7,276 bases of DNA from a virus (IMGVR_UViG_2547132272_000004:1-7276), one strand, 5' to 3'. Counted from the stretch's first letter, positions 1 through 6,109 are shown. The notes: generated by a model not told the origin, from the sequence alone. Translations and numbers: made by a program.

Positions 1-10
1 AAAATTCACT

Positions 11-66
11 TTAAAAAGGGCGGACATCAGCCAGCAATGAAACTGATGCCGCCAAAAGGTAATCAA
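11..66 (-). ncRNA. dicF: DicF-like small RNA (3' end is an intrinsic terminator); 5' boundary approximate
   Basis: Minus strand reads ...GATTACCTTTTGGCGGCATCAGTTTCATTGCTGGCTGATGTCCGCCCTTTTTAAAG. The GGCGG-ATCAG ... CCGCCC-UUUUU part matches my recollection of the E. coli Qin DicF 3' half. It lies downstream of the dicA-side leftward operon, as in Qin. The 5' part differs from the K-12 sequence as I remember it. Confidence 0.4.
13..53 (-). terminator. Rho-independent terminator of the leftward early operon
   Basis: On the minus strand, stem GGCGGCATCAG / CTGATG(T)CCGCC (forward 19..30 pairs with 43..53, one bulged base), 12-nt loop, followed by a U5 run (forward A-run 13..17). Confidence 0.65.
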
Positions 67-393
67 CATGGGTTGTTGCAGCGGGGTTGTCACTCAGGCG
101 TATGGTCAACCTGACAACCCGGTGTTATCTCGAGGAAAAGATAGCCTCGCCATACTTACCGCCGCGCCATTTCGCGGATTGCCACAACCGGAAGCGCACG
201 GTCGAAGATGCCGGTGGCACGCAACAGAGGGAGAAATAACTTCGCCGTGCGCTTTCGCGTTATGCCCTGACTTTTCAGGGATATATCCTTTCAGTAAACT
301 GTCAGTGCCGGATTCTTATCCGTGTCCGGCGCACGACAACACGCTGTCACGTGTGGTCTCCATTCTCAACCAGTAACCTCAATGGAGGATAAA

Positions 394-636
394 ATGCCAA
401 CAAAACTATGCCCAGCCTGTAATTCTTCGTCTGATTTCTCAGAGAAGAATGGTTATTATATTTTTGATTGCCCGAAACACGGTGTATTCCATATATCAAA
501 ACTTGATGGGATATTTGTGAAACCAAGTCAGTATCAGGCTGACAAGTTAAATAAAATTCTCAATGCCAAAAGAGCGCCAGGCTATACGGGACCTATAGAG
601 GTTTTACCGCGTCCTCGTCTTGTGGAACTGGATTAA
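394..636 (+). CDS. hypothetical small zinc-ribbon-like protein (80 aa), antisense to the leftward operon
   Basis: ATG at 394 with GGAGG at 384..388 (5-nt spacer). CxxC (C6,C9) ... CxxH (C26,H29) pattern. Region visibly AT-rich. The 3' end overlaps the convergent 186-aa gene by 44 bp. An in-frame ATG at 382 has no SD. Confidence 0.5.
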   Translation: MPTKLCPACNSSSDFSEKNGYYIFDCPKHGVFHISKLDGIFVKPSQYQADKLNKILNAKRAPGYTGPIEVLPRPRLVELD

Positions 637-1153
637 ACCAGTGCTCCTGAATCGCTCGTATTTTTACCCTCGGATGATTGCCGGGGGTGATTATTAATTC
701 TGGCGGACATGGTTCTCCATTATGACAAATTGCGCTATAAGTGAAATCAGCCAGAGCAGTGCCGGTCATTATTATTCCGAACTTATCAAGCAGCGAGAGC
801 AAATCACGCAAACAGGAGTTATCAGTTTTTTCGTTATAAAATGAATCCCCTGATGCAGAGAGCATTTCACCTCGCTCTGCGATGCGTTTGACCATTTTCC
901 AGAATTCTTTTTTTGAATACTTTTCCTCGACATAAAAACCCATCGCCGAGGCAATCCGCTTTGCAGCTTCTTCAGTATCCTGGTTGTTTGTTACCGAAAC
1001 AGAGTACAATCCGATAAACGCATCGCGCACATTACGAGCCATATTATCAGTGTCTTTTTTCGTTACCGATTCCAATGCAAGTTCGTTCAGGTGTTGACGG
1101 AGTGTCTGTGCTGCAATCTCCTGGATTGATAGTGGTAAATCTTTAAATTCCAT
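593..1153 (-). CDS. hypothetical protein (186 aa), unknown function, in the early-left operon downstream of the ydfA/ydfB-like genes
   Basis: Long clean ORF. ATG at 1153..1151 with GGGG 6 nt upstream, 11 nt after the stop of the preceding small gene. Protein-like composition. No family recognised from the sequence. Confidence 0.7.
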   Translation of the reverse strand: MEFKDLPLSIQEIAAQTLRQHLNELALESVTKKDTDNMARNVRDAFIGLYSVSVTNNQDTEEAAKRIASAMGFYVEEKYSKKEFWKMVKRIAERGEMLSASGDSFYNEKTDNSCLRDLLSLLDKFGIIMTGTALADFTYSAICHNGEPCPPELIITPGNHPRVKIRAIQEHWFNPVPQDEDAVKPL

Positions 1154-1164
1154 CTTTAACCCCG

Positions 1165-1293
1165 TTAGCCGTTAGATTTTGCCGAACTGGAAAGCGCCTG
1201 TTTAAACTCACTGAAGCTGAGAGCTTCTTCGCCTTCGGCAAGGCCTTCGAAGTATTCTTCGTAAGCCTTTTCCATGATTGTGTCGAAATCCAT
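1165..1293 (-). CDS. small acidic protein (42 aa), YdfB-like by position and size
   Basis: MDFDTIMEKAYEEYFEGLAEGEEALSFSEFKQALSSSAKSNG. ATG 1293..1291 preceded by AGGTGA. Starts 1 nt after the stop of the upstream small gene. Same length and position as ydfB in Qin. An alternative in-frame ATG at 1335 would give 57 aa. Confidence 0.5.
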   Translation of the reverse strand: MDFDTIMEKAYEEYFEGLAEGEEALSFSEFKQALSSSAKSNG

Positions 1294-1294
1294 A

Positions 1295-1450
1295 TCACTC
1301 ACCTGAGTTTCTTTCCAGCCAGCGACGGGCACCATTTTCGGTTTTAAACGTTTTGCTTTTGGTATACGTCATCGCGGTGAACGTACCGTCCTGGTTGGGG
1401 AACACGCCACATACCAGAGATTCGCTGTTGCCAAGATCGATAGTATCCAT
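1295..1450 (-). CDS. small protein (51 aa), YdfA-like by position and size
   Basis: MDTIDLGNSESLVCGVFPNQDGTFTAMTYTKSKTFKTENGARRWLERNSGE. ATG 1450..1448 with GAGGT 4 nt upstream. First gene downstream of the leftward promoter. The ORF-track version extends to 1543, but that extension covers the promoter. Confidence 0.5.
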   Translation of the reverse strand: MDTIDLGNSESLVCGVFPNQDGTFTAMTYTKSKTFKTENGARRWLERNSGE

Positions 1451-1519
1451 GCTGACCTCATTTCCCCTTAACGCCGGGGTAGCGGAACTGTTTGCTGAGA
1501 ACACCGTGCGGTGTCTTGA

Positions 1520-1580
1520 TGGATGGTAATTTAGTTTTCTCATGAAAATTGGTCAAGTGTTTTTGATGAGAAAACTCAAT
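1520..1580 (-). promoter_or_regulatory. leftward early promoter (sigma70-like) with flanking operator inverted repeat
   Basis: On the minus strand: -35 TTGACC (forward 1551..1556), 17-bp spacer, -10 TAAATT (forward 1528..1533). An 11-bp inverted repeat, AGTTTTCTCAT (1533..1543) and ATGAGAAAACT (1566..1576), brackets the -35. The GAGAAAACT core recurs in the dicA/dicC intergenic palindrome. Confidence 0.5.
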
Positions 1581-1643
1581 ATTTAATGCAAAATAAAGCC
1601 AATACATTGAAATGTAAGGCTTTAAAATTAGTGAAGGGGGGGG

Positions 1644-2051
1644 TTATTGATGTTTGTTACGTTTGCGAGCTTCTAGTAGCTCGGTGAATAGGCGATTAAA
1701 ATTCTCAACGCGGGCACGGAGTTCGCTGATTTGTGCTTGCTGCTCTGATTTTGGAAGTGCGCGATACAATCGCAACATCTCCAACTCATCTTCCGATAAG
1801 TCTAAGGCGCTGTTGAGTGCAACTGGTGGATCTGGTGTTTTATCCTCGTCACCAAACAGTATCCAAGTTGGTGAACATTGCAATACCTCAGCCAGGCGAT
1901 GCAAATTTTGCCCGCGCGGGGCTGTATGGTCGCTTTCCCATAGTGAAATTGATGAGCCAGATACGCCAGCAGCTTTGCTTAAATCGTTTTGACTTAAACC
2001 AACCTGTTTGCGTCTTTCTCTAATTCGTTGGCCTAAAGTTTTCTCGTTCAT
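1644..2051 (-). CDS. dicA: DicA-like prophage repressor (XRE-family HTH, 135 aa, no peptidase domain)
   Basis: Translation MNEKTLGQRIRERRK...LQCSPTWILFGDEDK...RARVENFNRLFTELLEARKRNKHQ matches E. coli Qin DicA as I recall it, including LQCSPTWILFGDEDK and the C-terminal RARV.NFN.LF.ELL.AR motif. An upstream in-frame ATG at 2102 would add 17 aa but lies in the operator region. Confidence 0.85.
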   Translation of the reverse strand: MNEKTLGQRIRERRKQVGLSQNDLSKAAGVSGSSISLWESDHTAPRGQNLHRLAEVLQCSPTWILFGDEDKTPDPPVALNSALDLSEDELEMLRLYRALPKSEQQAQISELRARVENFNRLFTELLEARKRNKHQ

Positions 2052-2128
2052 ATTTAGATATCTTAATAACCCTTGACTTGAGATTCCTTGAGTGATTACC
2101 ATTGAGAAAACTCAACTTTGGAGGGGTG
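2052..2128. promoter_or_regulatory. divergent promoter/operator region between the DicA-like and DicC-like genes
   Basis: 77-bp intergenic region. Perfect 14-bp palindrome TTGAGAAAACTCAA at 2102..2115. Direct CTTGAG repeats at about 2078 and 2087. Plus-strand -35-like TTGACT at 2073..2078. 8-bp palindrome AGATATCT at 2056..2063. Exact -10 elements not confidently placed. Confidence 0.55.
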
Positions 2129-2356
2129 ATGTTTAAATCAGACGTAATTAATTTTTATGGGACGAAAGCCAAAGTAGCGAAAGCTGCTGGTGTTGATCCA
2201 TCTGCTGTTTCTCAATGGGGAGAACTGGTTCCTGAAGGTCGCGCGATGCGCCTGCAAGAGGCATCTGGCGGGGAACTTCAGTACGATCCCAAAGTTTATG
2301 ACGAATATCGTAAGGCAAAGCGTGCGGGGCGGTTGAACAATGAAAATCACCCCTGA
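2129..2356 (+). CDS. dicC: DicC/YdaS-like Cro-type HTH regulator (75 aa)
   Basis: ATG 2129 with GGAGG at 2120..2124. FYGTKAKVAKAAGVDPSAVSQWGELVPEGRAMRLQEASGG is the Cro/YdaS/DicC-type HTH signature. Divergent from the DicA-like gene. Confidence 0.75.
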   Translation: MFKSDVINFYGTKAKVAKAAGVDPSAVSQWGELVPEGRAMRLQEASGGELQYDPKVYDEYRKAKRAGRLNNENHP

Positions 2357-2891
2357 ACAGGTTTGTGAGGCTCTGGATGCCTGGGTATGCCGACCAGGAA
2401 TGACACAGGAGCAGGCGACGATATTAATCACAGAAGCCTTCTGGGCCCTGAAAGAACGCCCGAACATCGATGTTCAACGCGTCACGTTTGATGATGGCGC
2501 GGTTGATCAACGGGCGCTGGGCGTTAACCGGGTGAAGATATTCGAACGCTGGAAAGCTATCGACACCAGGGATAAGCGTGAAAAATTCACGGCGCTGATT
2601 CCGGCAATTATGGAGGCTATCCGGATCAGCGATTTCAGGTTGTATTGTGAAATTACTGACGGAAAAAGCATTACGTACATGATCGCCGGGTTAAACAAAG
2701 AATATGGCGATGTGGTGGAGTCCGGGCTGCTTTTTGCGGATCCAGCTGTTGTGGAACGTGAGACTGACGAGCTTATAGAAAAAGCTATTGCTTTCAAGCA
2801 CGCGTATCGTCAGCAATACCAATATTACTTTGCAGATAAACAAATATCTGTCTGGGGTTCGTATGAGTATCGATGCACTACGATGGGCTAA
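2340..2891 (+). CDS. CII-position protein, possibly YdaT-like (183 aa)
   Basis: ATG 2340 overlaps the DicC-like stop by 17 bp, and its 3' end overlaps the next gene (translational coupling). Position matches the RacR-YdaS-YdaT arrangement. The family name is assigned from position and length, not from a confirmed motif. Confidence 0.6.
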   Translation: MKITPEQVCEALDAWVCRPGMTQEQATILITEAFWALKERPNIDVQRVTFDDGAVDQRALGVNRVKIFERWKAIDTRDKREKFTALIPAIMEAIRISDFRLYCEITDGKSITYMIAGLNKEYGDVVESGLLFADPAVVERETDELIEKAIAFKHAYRQQYQYYFADKQISVWGSYEYRCTTMG

Positions 2892-3903
2892 AAAGGTGAA
2901 AACCGGCAGTTCATCCAGTAAGTCAGTATTGACCTGGCTTGCTGATATGTGCGGTGCCGATTTGTGTGCATACCCGTCTGTATCAGCCCTGGCAGAAGTA
3001 ACGGAACTGAACAAAAAGACTGTGCAGGACAGCTTACGACACCTGATGGAGATTGGGTTAATTGTTGATACCGGTGAGAGAAAAGGCAGAACAAAGCAAA
3101 TTGTGGTGTACCGACTTATCGGTGTAGAAGAAAGTGTTGCCGAGCCTGAATACACCCAAAAACGGGAGTCTTTAAAGGTGGGTAAAATTGGTGCTGTTAA
3201 TAAAAACAGTACCGAAAACGGTTATGTTTCAGCACAAAACAGACCCAAAAACGGAACTCTTAACTGCATGGAAAATAACCAAAGACACCCAAATTTTCCA
3301 TTAAAGACACCCAAAAACGGATCACGGAACCCAAAGGAACCCAAAGATCTAAACCCCACACATAACGCACGCGAGAGTGCTCCGACCAGTGAGCAGGATG
3401 TTTTGTCGTTACAGGCAACGCCCCCTGTATTCCTGGATGGCCTGAGCGAACCCATCGGAAAATTTCCGATGACCGATAGCTGGCATCCGTCGCGGGATTT
3501 TCGGCGACGGGCTGCGTTGTGGGGGATGGCTTTGCCGGAACCAGAATTTACACCTGCTGAACTTGCCGCCTTCCGGGACTACTGGGCAGCGGAGGGGAAA
3601 GTTTTCACGCAGGTTCAGTGGGAGCAGAAATTCGCCCGTCACGTAAATCACGTCAGGGCGCAGGCTAAACCAGTCAGCAAGGGGGTAAACCATGCAGCAG
3701 CACCAGGTGGCACCGCATCACGGGCAGTTCAGGAAATTCGGGCAGCACGTGAGCGGTGGGAGCGTGAAAACGGATTTATCAACGACGGAAACTGCCTGGA
3801 AGCTGTGGGAACTCATGGGGGAGGTTTATTCGAACCGCTGGACCCAGAAGAACGGGGCCGCACCTTCGAAGCTCTGGATTGCACAGATTGGCGCGATGAC
3901 TGA
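2863..3903 (+). CDS. replication initiator, lambda O-like organisation (N-terminal winged-HTH, iteron-encoding linker, C-terminal domain)
   Basis: ATG 2863 (MSIDALRWAKK...). The N-terminal 90 aa look like a wHTH DNA-binding domain. The central low-complexity stretch is encoded by iteron-like DNA repeats. A P-like gene follows. Confidence 0.7.
   Translation: MSIDALRWAKKVKTGSSSSKSVLTWLADMCGADLCAYPSVSALAEVTELNKKTVQDSLRHLMEIGLIVDTGERKGRTKQIVVYRLIGVEESVAEPEYTQKRESLKVGKIGAVNKNSTENGYVSAQNRPKNGTLNCMENNQRHPNFPLKTPKNGSRNPKEPKDLNPTHNARESAPTSEQDVLSLQATPPVFLDGLSEPIGKFPMTDSWHPSRDFRRRAALWGMALPEPEFTPAELAAFRDYWAAEGKVFTQVQWEQKFARHVNHVRAQAKPVSKGVNHAAAPGGTASRAVQEIRAARERWERENGFINDGNCLEAVGTHGGGLFEPLDPEERGRTFEALDCTDWRDD
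3152..3347. repeat. iteron-like direct repeats (putative prophage origin) inside the initiator gene
   Basis: Perfect 12-mer ACCCAAAAACGG at 3154..3165, 3243..3254 and 3309..3320. Degenerate copies at 3211..3221 (ACCGAAAACGG), 3288..3294, 3329..3337 and 3339..3347. AAAGACACCCAAA occurs at 3281..3293 and 3303..3315. Confidence 0.55.
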
Positions 3904-4357
3904 GCAGCAAATCCGGCAGGTCTGCCGCCAGTGCATGGACCGTTGCAGGGCAGGTGAAACATGGCCTCCGGACCTGGCTGAGTTTGTGGCGCTGATTTCG
4001 GAAAGCGGGGCCAATCCATTTGGTCTGACGGTGGATGCTGTGATGGAGGAGTACCGACGCTGGCGCAATGAGTCCTGGCGATACGACGGAAGCGATAAAT
4101 ATCCGTGGCCTCAGCCTGTGCTGTATCACATTTGCCTCGAGATGCGTTCAAAGGGGATTGAGCGCCAGATGACCGAAGGTGAGTTAAAACGACTTGCAGA
4201 ACGGCAACTGGCGAAATGGGCAAAGCATGTTGGTGACGGCTTCAGCGTTCCGCCCGTACGGCGGCAACTGGCAGCACCAAAACGCCCGTCGGGGCCAACA
4301 CCAATTGAGTTGCTGAAACAGGAGTATGAACGCCGGAAAGCGGCTGGTTTTGTATGA
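3692..4357 (+). CDS. lambda P-like replication protein (helicase loader); start uncertain
   Basis: The C-terminal half (..WPPDLAEFVAL..KYPWPQP..) resembles lambda P as I recall it. ATG 3692 has GGGGG 6 nt upstream but would overlap the O-like gene by 212 bp in another frame. Alternative starts are ATG 3815 and ATG 3896, the latter in an ATGACTGA coupling arrangement. Confidence 0.6.
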   Translation: MQQHQVAPHHGQFRKFGQHVSGGSVKTDLSTTETAWKLWELMGEVYSNRWTQKNGAAPSKLWIAQIGAMTEQQIRQVCRQCMDRCRAGETWPPDLAEFVALISESGANPFGLTVDAVMEEYRRWRNESWRYDGSDKYPWPQPVLYHICLEMRSKGIERQMTEGELKRLAERQLAKWAKHVGDGFSVPPVRRQLAAPKRPSGPTPIELLKQEYERRKAAGFV

Positions 4358-4387
4358 ATTGTGAAGGTGATTTTTTCAGGAGGATTT

Positions 4388-4615
4388 ATGGCGAAACCTT
4401 TTTCTCTCGAACAGCGGGAAGAGCTGAAGGCACGAATTATCGGATTGGTACGCAAAAATGGACGCATGACGATGTCACAGCTGGAGAGAGCGACGGGAGC
4501 AGGCTGGCATTCGGTTCGACGCTGCCTTGTGGATGTGCTGGCTTGTGGCGATTTATACATGTCCGGTAAATACGGTGTTTTTTGCATCAGAGCAGGCGTA
4601 TCGCGTATGGCGTAA
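4388..4615 (+). CDS. hypothetical small protein (75 aa), possible winged-helix DNA-binding fold
   Basis: ATG 4388 with AGGAGG at 4378..4383. The segment MTMSQLERATGAGWHSVRRCLVDVL is HTH-like. Contains the T6 run at 4578..4583. Confidence 0.6.
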   Translation: MAKPFSLEQREELKARIIGLVRKNGRMTMSQLERATGAGWHSVRRCLVDVLACGDLYMSGKYGVFCIRAGVSRMA

Positions 4616-4784
4616 GACACCGGAGAAAAGAACCGACCTGACACTGATTCGAAAGTTACCAGACGGAGAAATACGCCGCTACGACAGGCGTCAGAACATA
4701 ATCTGTAGCGAGTGCCGGAAGAGCGAAGCTATGCAGCGCGTACTGGCGTTTTATCAGGGTAATTTTCAGGAGGTGGTGCGGTGA
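4533..4784 (+). CDS. hypothetical ORF overlapping the preceding gene, possibly its frameshifted continuation
   Basis: No start codon or SD lies downstream of the 4615 stop in this frame. The 3' end is coupled to the next gene (GTGA at 4781..4784). A one-base change in the T6 run at 4578..4583 would fuse it in frame to the 4388 ORF. Confidence 0.35.
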   Translation: MCWLVAIYTCPVNTVFFASEQAYRVWRKTPEKRTDLTLIRKLPDGEIRRYDRRQNIICSECRKSEAMQRVLAFYQGNFQEVVR

Positions 4785-5047
4785 GTGAATCAAAATGCCA
4801 GGTTAAGGGCAACAAGATAGAACCATGTGCAGCACTGGCAAAGTCCCTTGAGCATGATGCTGAATACACGATGCGAAAAGGTCTGCTGATATACAAAGTC
4901 TGGAATGAGAATTTAACTCGCGCCCCTGATTTGGTGATGTTGCGTTCCGGTGAATTTTCTAAATCACCTATTCGAGTCTCATTTTGCCCGTTCTGTGGTG
5001 AAAGTCTGAAAACATGGAAAAAGGAGACAACCAGTGAGCAAGATTGA
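4781..5047 (+). CDS. hypothetical small protein (88 aa) with C-terminal CPFC motif
   Basis: GTG start at 4781 with AGGAGG at 4768..4773 (7-nt spacer). Cysteines at C6, C16 and C69-x2-C72. Confidence 0.6.
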   Translation: MSESKCQVKGNKIEPCAALAKSLEHDAEYTMRKGLLIYKVWNENLTRAPDLVMLRSGEFSKSPIRVSFCPFCGESLKTWKKETTSEQD

Positions 5048-5933
5048 CTATCAGGCACTGCGTGAGGCGGCGGAACGTGCAATTCCAGCAATGGAACGCC
5101 TGTTAATGTTGCCAGCTGATGATGATTTGTTAAGTGAACAGGAACTTAAAGATTACGGTGTGGATATTGATGCGCTCAACGCCTTCAAATTTCTGGCCGG
5201 ACCAGAAACCGTGCTGGCACTACTGGATGAACGGGAAAGAAACCAGCAATACATAAAACGCCGAGACCAGGAAAACGAAATGATGGTTGATGCCATGCAC
5301 GCGGCTATTGCCCTGACAAGTGTTGGAATAGACCTGGACGATTACGACGAATGCGTCTTGCGACTACATGAATGGGGCGCTTTACCTGACTATTGCATTG
5401 CGCTTTATGTGGATTTCGTTCACGGAATTGTATCGAAAAACAAACTTCTGGATTTTGGTTATATCAACGGTGCACCGGTATGGACGTTGCGTGATGAGCT
5501 GGAAGCCGCAGAGAACAACCTTATTGATAGTGAGTGCCATGTTGCTGAACTGGAAGAAGCGCTACGCGATAAGCAGGCGTTACTTGAAGCATCAGAGAAG
5601 CGCATAGCAGAACTGGAAACAAAAGCGAACCAGCAAACCAGAATAAGCGATAAGGGGCTGACAAAGCTGATTGCCGATGCTGACAAAATGCTGGGTATGC
5701 GTTCGCCGGTTATAGACAGCGAGTGGTGGACGCTTTTACGGCAGTTCCTGATTGAACTTCAGGATCGCCGCAGAAACAGCATTTCTGAATCTGGAATCCG
5801 TGCTGAAACCCTGAATGATTTAATCCGACATATTGACAGAAACCTGGATATTGACGCGATGAAATCGCCGTTTGAACTGTCATCTGAAATTGTGGATTAC
5901 GTTAATAGGCAACTGCACAAGGAGAATTCGTAA
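5034..5933 (+). CDS. hypothetical coiled-coil protein (299 aa); N-terminus reminiscent of Ead/Ea22-like prophage proteins
   Basis: GTG start at 5034 with AAGGAGA at 5021..5027. The N-terminal M.IDYQALREAAERA resembles Ead/Ea22-like N-termini from memory only. Central heptad-like acidic region (ELEAAENNLIDSECHVAELEEALRDKQALLEASEKRIAELE). Confidence 0.65.
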   Translation: MSKIDYQALREAAERAIPAMERLLMLPADDDLLSEQELKDYGVDIDALNAFKFLAGPETVLALLDERERNQQYIKRRDQENEMMVDAMHAAIALTSVGIDLDDYDECVLRLHEWGALPDYCIALYVDFVHGIVSKNKLLDFGYINGAPVWTLRDELEAAENNLIDSECHVAELEEALRDKQALLEASEKRIAELETKANQQTRISDKGLTKLIADADKMLGMRSPVIDSEWWTLLRQFLIELQDRRRNSISESGIRAETLNDLIRHIDRNLDIDAMKSPFELSSEIVDYVNRQLHKENS

Positions 5934-6109
5934 TGCAGGTGGCATTTGTTGGCTTGTTACCGCATCCGATCCGCCTTTGGGCGGATATGTCACTCATAAA
6001 AACGCATTTTTTTACTACTGATGGCGGCATTCCGGCACCAAAGCGCCGCCATACCGGTATTGCAGCGGCACGACGAGCAGCAAAGAGACGCAGGAGAGCA
6101 AAACGATGA
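5933..6109 (+). CDS. hypothetical small protein (58 aa), hydrophobic N-terminus and Arg/Lys-rich tail
   Basis: ATG 5933 overlaps the upstream stop (TAATG), with AAGGAGAA 6 nt upstream. Below the ORF-track size cutoff. Two GC-rich hairpins lie within it, so coding status is uncertain. Confidence 0.35.
   Translation: MQVAFVGLLPHPIRLWADMSLIKTHFFTTDGGIPAPKRRHTGIAAARRAAKRRRRAKR

Noticed and set aside
68-376. Plus-strand 102-aa ORF (MGCCSGVV...)
   Set aside because: Pro/Cys/Arg-rich, non-protein-like composition, with no SD. It lies opposite the structured DicF-precursor region, so most likely an ORF of chance.
772-954. Minus-strand 60-aa ORF inside the 186-aa gene
   Set aside because: Alternative frame embedded in a longer, better-supported ORF.
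1278-1529. Plus-strand 83-aa ORF
   Set aside because: Antisense shadow of the YdfA/YdfB-like genes and the leftward promoter.
1295-1543. Single 82-aa minus-strand ORF suggesting a frameshift with the 1165..1335 frame
   Set aside because: Resolved as two adjacent small genes (51 aa and 42 aa) separated by 1 nt, matching the ydfA/ydfB arrangement. The upstream extension to 1543 covers the promoter.
1654-2023. Plus-strand ORFs 1654..1992 and 1817..2023
   Set aside because: Antisense to the well-supported DicA-like gene, with low-complexity Ser/Arg-rich translation.
1644-2102. Extended 152-aa version of the repressor starting at ATG 2102
   Set aside because: The 135-aa form starting at 2051 matches DicA length and N-terminus. 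The extension would place coding sequence over the palindromic operator and the divergent promoter.
3152-3347. Repeat cluster as a CRISPR array or tandem-repeat protein domain
   Set aside because: Repeats are only 12 nt, irregularly spaced, and lie inside a continuous ORF. Iterons are the better explanation.
4354-4569. Plus-strand 71-aa ORF in a third frame over the 4388 gene
   Set aside because: No SD, overlaps a better-supported gene, unconvincing composition.
2138-4644. Multiple minus-strand ORFs (2138..2467, 2507..2797, 2691..3155, 2888..3094, 3222..3455, 3409..3693, 3779..4129, 3813..4223, 3826..4068, 4126..4644)
   Set aside because: All are antisense to the plus-strand replication operon genes, lack SDs, and have Ser/Arg/Cys-rich shadow-frame composition.
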